Assembly: GCA_021813325.1 (NCBI GenBank)
Contig: JAKALA010000010.1
Coordinates: 79-64,078, forward strand
Reading direction: 5' to 3'
Source: a bacterium
GTDB lineage: Bacteria > Verrucomicrobiota > Verrucomicrobiia > Limisphaerales > UBA11358
DNA length: 64,000 bases
A program made the translations under genes and the position numbers. Positions 1 through 9,536 of this stretch are shown piece by piece. The number at the start of each line of letters is the position of its first letter. The stretch's first letter is position 1. Under the pieces are notes generated by a model. That model was not told the DNA's origin, did no database searches, and worked only from the letters and a program-made list of their open reading frames with translations.

Positions 1-1336
1 AACCGAGCAGCGGAAATTCCACGACCCAGAGAAAGTTGAATTGGTGCGGGTCAATCGTCAGCTTGCCTTGCGCCTTCAGCACGTCGGCGCAATACAGACG
101 AATCTTGCCGAGAATTTCGCAGGCGTTCAGCCATTGGTCGGCGGCGAATAAAATCAAGTCGCCTTCCTGAATTTGCAGCTTGCTGGTGAGCGCGGCTTTT
201 TCGGCGTCACTGAAAAACTTCACGATGGGCGATTTCCATTCGCCATTTTCCACCTTGATATAGGCGAGACCTTTCGCGCCAAAACCTTTGGCGGTTTCGG
301 TCATGGTTTCGATTTGGCCTTGCGTGGCGCCGGCGAGGCCGCGGGCGTTGATGGCTTTCACCACGCCGCCGGCTTCAATGCATTTGCCGAAAACGCCGAA
401 CTTCGAGCCTTTGAATTCCGCGCTGAAGTCCACGAGTTCCATGCCGAACCGCGTGTCGGGCTTGTCAATGCCCCAGCGGTTCAGCGCTTCCTCGAAGCTG
501 ATGCGCTTGAACGGCGTGGGGATGTCGATGTTCAGCGCGGTTTTCCAGACGCGTTTGAGCAAGCCTTCGATGAGCGCGTAAATATCTTCGCGGTCAATGA
601 AGCTCATCTCGATGTCCACCTGCGTGAACTCGGGCTGGCGGTCGGCGCGCAAGTCTTCGTCGCGATAGCAGCGGGCGAGTTGAAAATATTTTTCCACGCC
701 GCTGACCATCAAAATCTGTTTGAACTGCTGCGGCGACTGCGGCAGCGCGTAAAACGTGCCGGCTTCGCGGCGGTTGGGCACGAGAAATTCGCGGGCGCCT
801 TCGGGCGTGGACTTGAACAACGTGGGCGTTTCGACTTCGAGGAAGCCTTGCTCATCCATGTAGCTGCGGGTGGCGATGGCGACTTTGCTGCGCAGTTTCA
901 GATTGCGCGCCATTTCGGGACGGCGCAGATCGAGATAGCGATATTGCAGGCGCGTGTCTTCGGCGACCTTGGCGGCGGCTTCGGGATCGTCAATCTGGAA
1001 CGGCAGCACGTCGGCCATGTTCAGCACTTCGAGCGCGGTGACAGCGACTTCGACTTCGCCGGTGGGAATCTTGGCGTTGTTGGTGCCGGCGGGACGCTGA
1101 CGGACCTTGCCGGTGATGCTGACGACGCATTCGCTGCAAAGCGCGGCGGCTTGGGTGAACAGATCAGACGTCAAATCCGACGGATCGAACACCGTTTGGG
1201 TGCGGCCTTCGCGGTCGCGGATGTCGATGAAAATAAGCCCACCGAGGTCGCGGCGGGAATGGACCCAGCCGTTCAAAGTGACCGTTTGCCCGATGTGAGC
1301 CGGGCGCAGTTCGTTGCAATGATGCGTGCGTTTCAT
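1..1336 (-). CDS. aspS: aspartyl-tRNA synthetase, N-terminal ~445 codons (3' end runs off the window start)
   Basis: Reverse-strand translation from ATG (complement of cat 1334-1336) reads MKRTHHCNELRPAHIGQTVTLNGWVHSRRDLGGLIFIDIRDREG...FYALPQSPQQFKQILMVSGVEKYFQLARCYRDEDLRADRQPEFTQVDIEMSF. This is the OB anticodon-binding fold plus class II AspRS core motifs. The frame stays open to position 1, so it is missing from the ORF track. The listed + ORF 173..1342 is its antisense shadow. Confidence 0.9.
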   Translation of the reverse strand, partial: MKRTHHCNELRPAHIGQTVTLNGWVHSRRDLGGLIFIDIRDREGRTQTVFDPSDLTSDLFTQAAALCSECVVSITGKVRQRPAGTNNAKIPTGEVEVAVTALEVLNMADVLPFQIDDPEAAAKVAEDTRLQYRYLDLRRPEMARNLKLRSKVAIATRSYMDEQGFLEVETPTLFKSTPEGAREFLVPNRREAGTFYALPQSPQQFKQILMVSGVEKYFQLARCYRDEDLRADRQPEFTQVDIEMSFIDREDIYALIEGLLKRVWKTALNIDIPTPFKRISFEEALNRWGIDKPDTRFGMELVDFSAEFKGSKFGVFGKCIEAGGVVKAINARGLAGATQGQIETMTETAKGFGAKGLAYIKVENGEWKSPIVKFFSDAEKAALTSKLQIQEGDLILFAADQWLNACEILGKIRLYCADVLKAQGKLTIDPHQFNFLWVVEFPLLG

Positions 1337-1511
1337 TTTTAGAAAATTCAAGCGTCAGAATTCAACATTCAGAATCCCAAGCGAACGCGGATTGTGGCGG
1401 TGAAAGGGGCGGATTTCAAAGGAATTTTTTGCTTTCAGAACGCTTCCTGGCTCCCCCATAATTCCGCCCAGTCGGATTAAACAACTTACCAAGCGAGTTC
1501 ACATCCCGCCT

Positions 1512-2261
1512 ATGAATCCCACGTCGTGCCTCTCCCGAACCATTTTGCACCGGACCCTTTTGGTCGCGGCCGTGGCACTCCATCTGAGCGCCGCCCATGC
1601 CGCGATGGTTTTCTTCGCCCAAACCGGGCACTGGTATGAAGCCGTCAATGTCCCGGAAGGCATTACCTGGAACGAGGCCTACACAAACGCCATCAACCGC
1701 GGCGGCTATCTCTGCACGATCACCAACGCCAGCGAAAACGATTTTGTCGCCTCCCTGGTCGATATTACCTATTACAGCGGCGTGAGCGTGAACAACGACA
1801 TTCTCGGGCCGTGGCTGGGAGGATTGCGCCATGCCAATCAAAGCACCTGGCAATGGGTCACGGGCGAACCGTTTTCTTATATCAATTGGTATCCCAATCA
1901 ACCGGACGGTTATGGCGGCAGCGAACAGCGCTTGCAGTTTTACCACGGGGCCACCGTCGGCTCGACGTGGGGTGATCATCCCGGTGACCCGATTGCGGGT
2001 TACTCCCTGCCGCGCGGTTACATTGTGGAATATGATTTGATTCCGCGACTTGGTTTGGGCTCGAACACGAGTCAGCCGAGAATTGTCTGGCCGTTGGCGA
2101 CCTTGTCTCAAGGCTGGGTTTTGGAAACCGCCCCGGAATTATCGTCGGACACAAATCTTTGGAAACCGGTGAACACGGATCTCATCCAGACAAACTTGAA
2201 TGCGCTGGTCCTGGCCATTACGAACAAAACCGGCAATGCCTTCTTCCGATTAAGGCAATAA
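1512..2261 (+). CDS. secreted C-type lectin-like domain protein with C-terminal FFRL-type module
   Basis: Signal peptide (LLVAAVALHLSAAHA). CTLD-like pattern TWNEAYTNAINRGGYLCTITNASENDFV...PWLGGL...WQWVTGEPFSYINWYPNQPD...GYIVEY. The tail ends NAFFRLRQ. Confidence 0.7.
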   Translation: MNPTSCLSRTILHRTLLVAAVALHLSAAHAAMVFFAQTGHWYEAVNVPEGITWNEAYTNAINRGGYLCTITNASENDFVASLVDITYYSGVSVNNDILGPWLGGLRHANQSTWQWVTGEPFSYINWYPNQPDGYGGSEQRLQFYHGATVGSTWGDHPGDPIAGYSLPRGYIVEYDLIPRLGLGSNTSQPRIVWPLATLSQGWVLETAPELSSDTNLWKPVNTDLIQTNLNALVLAITNKTGNAFFRLRQ

Positions 2262-2269
2262 TCCGAGGG

Positions 2270-2914
2270 TCACTCCGGCAGAGAAATCCGCCAGACGTTG
2301 GTTGTTGCTCCTGAATCTCTCAACGCGTCACGCAGGCCGGCAGTGGAGTATTGCATCACGCTGCCGTCAGACAGACCGGCGTTGCCCTGATTCCCGTGCA
2401 TCTCCGAACTCCAGCCCACCGCATCGCCGGGAGAAAGTTTGAGAATGCCGTTCTCGGGTTTCCGGGGCGCAGTGAGATTGCGGTCGCCATCCAGCAACAT
2501 TTGAGGATTGCTCTCGCTGGCATCGAGATCGACAAAATAACTGAGATTGCGATTGCGGAGATGGGTAAAAGTCACGGCCGCACTTCGATTATCCGCCGGG
2601 CAAATCAAAATTTTCGGTGTGGAAAGTTCGTTGGACATGACCTGAAAATAGCGGAACGTGTCCGCCCCTGTCGGCACGCCATGCGTGTTGAGGACTAACA
2701 TCGGATATTTGTCATCGTGGTCTCCTTCCCAGATGCGAAAAGCCAGGCCGCATTGTTTCAGGTTATTGGCGCAATTGATGCGCTGGGCTTTGCGCTTGGC
2801 GCTGGCCAGCGCTGGCAAAAGCATGGCCGCCAGAATGGCCACCACGGCAATAACCATCAACAAGGCCACCAAAGTAAAACCAGATCCCGAGGAGCGCCTG
2901 TAGGAGAGGTTCAT
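2270..2914 (-). CDS. prepilin-type N-terminal cleavage/methylation domain protein, H-X9-DG (DUF1559-like) family
   Basis: Leader [12 protein letters not shown]|[48 protein letters not shown]-terminal [12 protein letters not shown] fits H-X9-DG. Start taken at the internal ATG (cat 2912-2914); the ORF extends to 2941. Confidence 0.85.
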   Translation of the reverse strand: MNLSYRRSSGSGFTLVALLMVIAVVAILAAMLLPALASAKRKAQRINCANNLKQCGLAFRIWEGDHDDKYPMLVLNTHGVPTGADTFRYFQVMSNELSTPKILICPADNRSAAVTFTHLRNRNLSYFVDLDASESNPQMLLDGDRNLTAPRKPENGILKLSPGDAVGWSSEMHGNQGNAGLSDGSVMQYSTAGLRDALRDSGATTNVWRISLPE

Positions 2915-3072
2915 AGGCGCAATATGAACCGCGCCGGACAATTTTCAAGTCATTCCTGGACCGAATCCAATCACGGCGTCCATTCAGGCCGCTTAATTTT
3001 TCGCTTTACCTTTCGCCTGAAACTGTTTGGCTGTAACCGTATCCAACACCTCAAAGGGAATTTTCCAAAGCT

Positions 3073-4647
3073 ATGAAAAATAAATCATTTGCCGGTTTCT
3101 CCTTGATCGGACTGGCGGGGCTGGTCGCCGCCTTGAATTTCGGGTGCGGCCCGAAGAGTCAGGAACCTTCGAAAAAACCGGAGGTTGCCTCGGTCACCAA
3201 AACAAGTTTTGCCGAAGTCACCGCGCAACTGGATCCGGGCGGAGATTTTTATCTCTACCTCGGCACCGCGCAATGGCTGGACGGCCTGTCCGCCAAATTG
3301 GGTGGATTGCAGCAGCAATTTAACGCCATTCCCGGCCTGAAACCGGACGATGCCGCCAAGATCAGCAAAGTGTTTGGCATCGTCACCGGGATCGTCAAGG
3401 ACAGCGGGATCGAAGACGTCAGCGGCGTTGGATTAAGCTCGGTGGAAATTGAAAAAGGCATGTTTCGCAACAAGGCGCTGATCCACCATTATGCCGGCAA
3501 AGGCAACGGCTTTTTGTGGCAGTTGGCCGGCGGCAAGCCGCATCCGCTGGAGGGACTGAACCTGTTGCCGGCGGATACCGTCGTGGCCGTCTTCTCTGAT
3601 CTGGAGCTGCCGCAGGTTTGGAACGTCATCAAGAAAGAGGTATCCCAAGCCGATTTGCCCGAGGCGCAAAAGTGGCTCGACAGCTTGCCGGACCTTTTTG
3701 AAAAAAACACGCAGGTCAAGTGGGACACTTTCATGAATTCGCTCGGCGGCGAATTCGGCCTGGTCCTCACGCTGGACGAATCCAACAACATTCCCGTCCC
3801 GTTGCCGGGGGCCGCCCTGCAAGTGCCCACGCCCGGATTGATGCTGGCCATCCGGGTCAATGACGACACGGTTTTCAACCGCATTGATCAGGAGCTGAAA
3901 TCGAATCCGCAAGTCATCAAAAACGACACCGCCAGTTTTAAAATGCGCACCCTGCCGATTCCGGTGCCCTTTATTCCGCTACGCCCCAGCGCGGCCAGCA
4001 GCGGCGGTTTCCTGTTGATCGCCAGCTCCGACGCGCTCATTGAAAATGCCATTGCCATTCGCGACGGCAAACGCCAGGGACTTGCCGCGACGGCGGAATT
4101 CAAACGTTTGTCCCAAGGCCTGCCGGAGCGGGGCAACCAGTTCGCCTTTGTCAGCGAACGGTTCACCAAGGTGCTCATGGAGGTGCAAAATCAGGTCATC
4201 GCCGCCAACACCAAAAGCGACGCGAAATTCGCGCAATGGATGCAGTCGTTTGCCAGCAGTCAACCGGCCTTTGCCTATTCCGTCGGCGTCAATCTGCCGG
4301 AAGGCTGTTTAACCATTGGCAACGGCAGTCAGAGTTACGCCAGCTCAGTGTTACTCCCGGCCGTGGCTGTTCCCGCCATGCTGGCGGCGATCGCCATACC
4401 CAATTTTGTGAAGGCGCGTGAAGCTTCGCAGCGTAACGCGTGCATCAACAACCTGCGCCAACTGGACGCCGCCAAACAGCAATGGGCGTTGGAAAAATCC
4501 GAACCCAAAACCGCCGTGCCGACCAAGGAAGATTTGCTGCCATACCTGCGGCACTGGCCAGCGTGCCCCGCCGGTGGCACCTATAATCTCGGCGCCGTGG
4601 GCGATTCACCCACATGCAGCCTTCCCGGTCATGAACTCCTCCCGTAG
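3073..4647 (+). CDS. putative lipoprotein with C-terminal pseudopilin-like module
   Basis: N-terminus MKNKSFAGFSLIGLAGLVAALNFGC (lipobox-like). The last ~104 aa, LLPAVAVPAMLAAIAIPNFVKAREASQRNACINNLRQLDAAKQQWALE...CPAGGTYNL...PTCSLPGH, resemble the mature part of small PVC GspG-like pseudopilins. Confidence 0.6.
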   Translation: MKNKSFAGFSLIGLAGLVAALNFGCGPKSQEPSKKPEVASVTKTSFAEVTAQLDPGGDFYLYLGTAQWLDGLSAKLGGLQQQFNAIPGLKPDDAAKISKVFGIVTGIVKDSGIEDVSGVGLSSVEIEKGMFRNKALIHHYAGKGNGFLWQLAGGKPHPLEGLNLLPADTVVAVFSDLELPQVWNVIKKEVSQADLPEAQKWLDSLPDLFEKNTQVKWDTFMNSLGGEFGLVLTLDESNNIPVPLPGAALQVPTPGLMLAIRVNDDTVFNRIDQELKSNPQVIKNDTASFKMRTLPIPVPFIPLRPSAASSGGFLLIASSDALIENAIAIRDGKRQGLAATAEFKRLSQGLPERGNQFAFVSERFTKVLMEVQNQVIAANTKSDAKFAQWMQSFASSQPAFAYSVGVNLPEGCLTIGNGSQSYASSVLLPAVAVPAMLAAIAIPNFVKAREASQRNACINNLRQLDAAKQQWALEKSEPKTAVPTKEDLLPYLRHWPACPAGGTYNLGAVGDSPTCSLPGHELLP

Positions 4648-4688
4648 TAACTACGAAACTAACGTCTTTAAAACCCAATTTTGAAACC

Positions 4689-4904
4689 ATGAAACGAATT
4701 ATTATTCCCGGCCTCGCCGGTGTGGCCGCCCTGTTTTTACTGACTGGATGTCTGGCGCTGGACATTGGAGGCGGTTCCTCCAGCAAATCGCAAGCACCCA
4801 CCCTCGGGCAGCAATTGATGGATTTACAGAAGGCCAAGGATGCGGGAGCCATCAACGAGGCGGAATTTCAGACGCAAAAGGCCAAATTGCTAGCCAATCA
4901 TTGA
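4689..4904 (+). CDS. small lipoprotein with SHOCT-like C-terminal domain
   Basis: MKRIIIPGLAGVAALFLLTGC lipobox. The C-terminus LMDLQKAKDAGAINEAEFQTQKAKLL matches the SHOCT pattern. Confidence 0.7.
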   Translation: MKRIIIPGLAGVAALFLLTGCLALDIGGGSSSKSQAPTLGQQLMDLQKAKDAGAINEAEFQTQKAKLLANH

Positions 4905-4961
4905 GCCGGCATCCGCCCGATGATTATTTTTGGAAAATCAGGATCTCGCCCGGCTTGGAAA

Positions 4962-5765
4962 TCAATGATCCGCAAATGGATTTTTCTTGGCGGCAGGCTC
5001 GTCGCGGTTCAAAAACATGGGACTGACAAACAAATAAATCCAACCGACGACCAGATGCATCCCCACGGCAAAGTAAAATTGGATCAGATCGAACGCGGCC
5101 AAATCATAAAGGAAAATGGCCAGCGTCATCAACGCCGCGCCCGGCATCAATGCCGCGCCCGCCAGTTTCCAACTGGACCAGAAATTCATATTGCGATTGG
5201 CAAAAAAACCAATCAGCCAGACGGGGACAAAATAGAGGGTCGCCAGCGCCCACCAGACGAGCAGCAGGCCAAAAAAGGCGCCAATGGCCGTCAACGCCAG
5301 GATTTCGGGCGCCCACGCTCCCCAAGCCGGCCGCGCATCATGCCGGTTCGCCGCGAAAATATAGCCCGTGGGATAGGGAAATTCCGCGACGCCAAATAGG
5401 GAGTAAACCCAAAGCGAATCGCGCCCAAACTCAAATTGAAAATCCGCCGGCGAACGCAAGGTCCCGTTGTGATTTAAATTCACACCAAGGGCCAATATTT
5501 TGCCTTCCGCCAACATCTGCGGCGAGTCGTCCGTCCATTCCAGTTTGCCGGCCCGGATGAACCCCCGGTCAGGCAGGGCTTCAACCGCTGTGGAAATGAC
5601 CGGGAAAATGCCGTCGGACAAAATCCAGACCACCGCGCCGGCGGCCAGCAACGCAAAAACACCTTGAACCACCAGCAACCGTTCCAGCGAAGCACGCGCA
5701 AACGCCGCCACACCTCGCGGCGTGAACGGCTCCCAGGCAAAAGATGGTTCACCTAACGAACTCAC
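4962..5765 (-). CDS. integral membrane protein, unknown function
   Basis: 267-aa ORF with several long hydrophobic segments (VVQGVFALLAAGAVVWIL, ILALTAIGAFFGLLLVWWALATLYFVPVWLIGFF, GAALMTLAIFLY, AVGMHLVVGWIYLFV). I recognised no family motif. Confidence 0.55.
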   Translation of the reverse strand: MSSLGEPSFAWEPFTPRGVAAFARASLERLLVVQGVFALLAAGAVVWILSDGIFPVISTAVEALPDRGFIRAGKLEWTDDSPQMLAEGKILALGVNLNHNGTLRSPADFQFEFGRDSLWVYSLFGVAEFPYPTGYIFAANRHDARPAWGAWAPEILALTAIGAFFGLLLVWWALATLYFVPVWLIGFFANRNMNFWSSWKLAGAALMPGAALMTLAIFLYDLAAFDLIQFYFAVGMHLVVGWIYLFVSPMFLNRDEPAAKKNPFADH

Positions 5766-5897
5766 GGGGCGAAGTCTATCCTTAGACCGTGCCGGATGAA
5801 ATAGCGATTGCGCGCCCGGATTTGACTTAAAACACCGAGGGCTTGATGCCTTTCAGCCGACAGAGGAACTCAGGGCCTTGTGGTCAAGATGCAAACC

Positions 5898-5932
5898 ATA
5901 AAACACCCGGCACATTCCGGATGCGCCGGGTG
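5898..5932 (-). terminator. putative rho-independent terminator downstream of the GH gene
   Basis: Stem CACCCGGC (5904-5911) / GCCGGGTG (5925-5932). On the minus strand it is followed by the T-rich run GTGTTTTATGGTTTG. Confidence 0.4.
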
Positions 5933-5969
5933 AATGATTCAAAACGATTTCTTCGTGTCGAAGCCAGGG

Positions 5970-8900
5970 TCAATCCACCGGAATGATCTTGGCGGCGTTC
6001 AAGGTCACCGGCCCGATCAGGCCGGATTCGAGCAGCGGCGAGTTTTTAGTCCAATGATGCCAGGTGGTAAAGGTGAACCGCCCGGTGGGACTGGGCTTGC
6101 CCTCCAAAACCCATTGCGGCCAGGCTTTGAGTTGTTTGCCATTCCATTCCCGGTCTGACGGCAACTGTTCATCGCCGATCAGCCGGTTGGGCCAGAGGTT
6201 CGTCACCTTGATCACCAGCCGGTTGGTTCCGGGCTTGGCCACGCCGGTGAGATTCACGCGGAACGGCGGTTTCCAAAGCACCCCAAAATCGTGGCCGTTC
6301 AGAGACACCTCGGCAAAATTCTTGACCAGGCCAAGGTTCAACCACAACTCGCGACCGGCGGCCAACTGACCGGCGGAAATTTTAATGTCCTTGGTGTAGG
6401 TTGCCGTGCCGGAAAAATAGCGCACGCCCTTGTCCGGATGGTCTGGCCACGAAATCAATTTGTCGAGCGTGACCTCAGCGGGCGCGCCCCAGTTCGGCGG
6501 GAAACTCAGATTCCAAGCGCCACTCACTGCCTGCGGCGCGGGTAAATCGGTCACGTCGGTCTGCCAGGTTTTGCCGGAGGCGCGAGTCAATTCGATTTTT
6601 CCATTGTTCCAAACGGTCACCTCGGGAGCGCCCTTGGCACTTACGCTGATGTCGTAGGGGGAAACGGCTTCGGACAAAGCGGTCCCCGGCAAAGCCAGCG
6701 TCTCGTTTTCATGAACAACGACATGGGCAGGTTGGCCATTGAACACGTAATCCACCCGCAGTTCCTTGCGGCTGTCCGGCACCGGATCGCGTCCGAAGAC
6801 TTCATTGTTGGCGGCAATATGCCGACGCCCGCCCGCGACCAAATCCGCGAGCTTCGTCGTCACATCCATGCCGCCGGCGGTATTCACAGCTCCGTAGATG
6901 GCATGTTTGATTTCCAATTTGCCGGCATCCGCCAATTGAGCATCAAACTGGCCGTGAGCCGAAACAAAATGATCTGCCACATTGGCCGCCTGGCGGAAGA
7001 CCACAAAAACCGAACCCGCCGGGTCAAAATCGAGCGACACGGCAGTGCGTCCGTCTTTGGCGCTCCAAACCGGCGCCGGCTTCATTTCTCCAGTGTCGGG
7101 ATACCACAATTCCGGCACTTTGCCAGTGACGCGGAAGGTGCATTGAGCCGAATCAAATTGATGCCGTTGATTCGAAACGAAATAGATGTCCGCGTCGCCC
7201 GTCATCCGATGGGTGTAGGCGAGCCGCGAATGTGTGTCGCCCGAATGAAATTCAAAGTCGGGCTTCAGGTTTTGCGTCGCAAAAATCTCCTCCAACGACT
7301 GGCCCCAGACAACGCGACCCCGGCCGCACGCGTTCTCGCGCACATTCTTGCCGTCACATTTGCCCCAGAGTTCGGCGGCCATGGTTTTCACCTGCGCATC
7401 GGATTGCGGAAAGTTCTCCAAACTGGGCGAATGCTCCGGGCGCGGACCGATCACCGTGGCCCCAGCTTGAACCAGATCGCGCACACAGCGCATCATCGGA
7501 GGCGTCATGTTGATGTCATTGGGCGGAAGCACCAGCGCCGCGTAACTGGCGCCGCTGGGCAAAGTGATGCGCCCATTTTTAACCGTGGCGCCGTGCAACA
7601 ACACATCGGCATTGATGGCGTCGTAATCGTAGCCCGCTGGCATTTTGGGATTGCCCAAACGCATTTCCACCGGCGCGCTTTCGCCGGTGAAGTAGGCGAC
7701 ATCGGCCACGGCCCGGCCTTGCTGTAGCAGGAATTCGCAACGCGAAATGTAATCAATCCAAGCCTTGCCCTGATGCCACCACGTTTCCGTGCGCTCGAAA
7801 TGGAAACCCCATTGGCCCATCGTCATGCCCGGCCAACGGTTGGTCCACGGCTGCATGGCGTAACGATGGAAAATGTAACGATTCAATCCATCGCAGAACA
7901 TCAGATCGCCCAGCGCCTTGAGCGCATACGGATCGTTTTGCCAGCGACCGGCATCGGGCGCGGCCGTGAACGATTCCGCGCCCACGATGGTTTTGCCATA
8001 AATGTGCGCGATGGACGCGGCCATTTTGACGGAAGGATGCCCCTGGCTGCCGGTCCAAAACTCGCCCATCACCACATCCGCCGGCGCGCCGCACTGGAGC
8101 GATTCAAACGGCCCGGTGTAGGGTTCCACGGCATTCTTCAAACCGTGCTGACGACAAAGCTCGGCGAAATGCCCGAAATAATTATCCGCAAACAAATCCG
8201 CTATCGTCCGGCGCATGTCCCAGAGAAAACGCTCGGTCACTTCCGGACTGTCCACCACGCGACCGGTGAACGTGGGCAAAAACTTCAGCGGATCATACCC
8301 GCGACGGCGCTGGAATTCCGCGCGGAACGCTTCCGTCCAGTCCTGCGGCCCCACTTCATAGCTGTCGATGAGCGAAGTATTGAGCGCCTTGCCCGCGAGC
8401 GGCCCGATGTCATCCAAAACTTTTTGCATGAACCCATCCCAATGCGCATCCAGCGCGGCCTTGCTGAATTTGTCGCATTCCAGTCCTTCGCCTTCTTTGG
8501 GAGCGGGATGGTTGTTTACTCCGGTGGGCGTATAGCCAAGCCGTAAAATCGCCCAGTTGCCCGCCGGCACATCCCAGGTCAAATGACCATCGGCAGACAT
8601 CTTGGAAGTGAGATCCACAACCTCATCGTGCTGAATCACCGGTCCGCCCGCCGGGGTGCCGTTCAGCGTGGGACTGACAAAGGTTTGCCGGGCGGACGTT
8701 CGAATCATGGATTGGATATGCGCCATGTCATCGGCATTGGCCGGGAACGTCAGCGTTTCGCCTTCCTCGGCAGTTGCGGTGCCCGGCTTGCCATCAATGG
8801 TGAAATCCACGCGCAACTGTTTCACGTGTCCGAATGCCGGATCCCCGCCCATTTCGCCGTTGCCAACGGGAATGCTGAATTGCCCGGCGTTCACAAATTG

Positions 8901-9536
8901 CAGCACTTTTGCCTTCACGTCCGCTTCGGCGGCGCCATCTTCAGCTTCGTAAACAGCCTTTTTAATTTCCAGTTTGCCCTGGGCACCTCCTGATTTATTT
9001 AACGGTTTAACCGGCGTCGGAATTTTAAACGCCAGCACGGCCACGTCGCGATAGTAGCCGAGCGTCACCGGCGGTTGCGGCAACGCTTCGTGAAACTGAG
9101 TCGGACCGGCCACATGCACCTCGCTGGCGGTGAGTCGTTGCATGGCGTTGGTCACGGTATTCCAAGGTCCACCGCTGCTGGACCAGCCGGCGCAATTCTC
9201 CACGCACAGCTCCAGCCCCAGCCGGTTGGCTTCCTGCACGGCGTATTTGAAATCCTCGCGCCATTCGGGACTCAGGAACGGCACCGGACCGCGCGGAATT
9301 TCGCAGTCCACATTCACGATGGTCGCGCCGCCCAGCCCAATTTGTTTCATGGCCTCCAGATCGGCATGAATGCCTTCCTTGGTAATATTTCCGTTCATCC
9401 AGTGCCACCAGGTTTGCGGCTTGGCGGAATCCGGCGGCGTTTGAAAACCGGATTCCAACGAATCCGCCGCTGCGGCTGAAACAGTGAGAACGAGGCCCAA
9501 CGCAATGGAGCCAGACAATAATTGGGATGATTTCAT
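5970..9536 (-). CDS. large secreted glycoside hydrolase (GH106-like / alpha-L-rhamnosidase-type fold; family tentative)
   Basis: Signal peptide MKSSQLLSGSIALGLVLTVSAAAA. Motif PQTWWHWMNGNITKEGIHADLEAMKQIGLGGATIV and C-terminal jelly-roll FAEVSLNGHDFGVLWKPPFRVNLTG...VKVTNLWPNRLIGD. Start set at the internal ATG (cat 9534-9536) that exposes the signal peptide; the ORF extends to 9647. Confidence 0.8.
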   Translation of the reverse strand: MKSSQLLSGSIALGLVLTVSAAAADSLESGFQTPPDSAKPQTWWHWMNGNITKEGIHADLEAMKQIGLGGATIVNVDCEIPRGPVPFLSPEWREDFKYAVQEANRLGLELCVENCAGWSSSGGPWNTVTNAMQRLTASEVHVAGPTQFHEALPQPPVTLGYYRDVAVLAFKIPTPVKPLNKSGGAQGKLEIKKAVYEAEDGAAEADVKAKVLQFVNAGQFSIPVGNGEMGGDPAFGHVKQLRVDFTIDGKPGTATAEEGETLTFPANADDMAHIQSMIRTSARQTFVSPTLNGTPAGGPVIQHDEVVDLTSKMSADGHLTWDVPAGNWAILRLGYTPTGVNNHPAPKEGEGLECDKFSKAALDAHWDGFMQKVLDDIGPLAGKALNTSLIDSYEVGPQDWTEAFRAEFQRRRGYDPLKFLPTFTGRVVDSPEVTERFLWDMRRTIADLFADNYFGHFAELCRQHGLKNAVEPYTGPFESLQCGAPADVVMGEFWTGSQGHPSVKMAASIAHIYGKTIVGAESFTAAPDAGRWQNDPYALKALGDLMFCDGLNRYIFHRYAMQPWTNRWPGMTMGQWGFHFERTETWWHQGKAWIDYISRCEFLLQQGRAVADVAYFTGESAPVEMRLGNPKMPAGYDYDAINADVLLHGATVKNGRITLPSGASYAALVLPPNDINMTPPMMRCVRDLVQAGATVIGPRPEHSPSLENFPQSDAQVKTMAAELWGKCDGKNVRENACGRGRVVWGQSLEEIFATQNLKPDFEFHSGDTHSRLAYTHRMTGDADIYFVSNQRHQFDSAQCTFRVTGKVPELWYPDTGEMKPAPVWSAKDGRTAVSLDFDPAGSVFVVFRQAANVADHFVSAHGQFDAQLADAGKLEIKHAIYGAVNTAGGMDVTTKLADLVAGGRRHIAANNEVFGRDPVPDSRKELRVDYVFNGQPAHVVVHENETLALPGTALSEAVSPYDISVSAKGAPEVTVWNNGKIELTRASGKTWQTDVTDLPAPQAVSGAWNLSFPPNWGAPAEVTLDKLISWPDHPDKGVRYFSGTATYTKDIKISAGQLAAGRELWLNLGLVKNFAEVSLNGHDFGVLWKPPFRVNLTGVAKPGTNRLVIKVTNLWPNRLIGDEQLPSDREWNGKQLKAWPQWVLEGKPSPTGRFTFTTWHHWTKNSPLLESGLIGPVTLNAAKIIPVD

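Noticed and set aside
173-1342. 389-aa + strand ORF (MQLAGERGFFGV...)
   Set aside because: It is the antisense shadow of aspS. The minus strand encodes an unmistakable AspRS across the same span, while the + ORF is low-complexity Ala/Gly/Arg-rich with no recognisable motifs.
6711-8546. Long + strand ORFs 6711..7727 and 7773..8546
   Set aside because: They lie antisense to the 1188-aa glycoside hydrolase. They have the Arg/Gly/His-rich composition typical of high-GC shadow frames.
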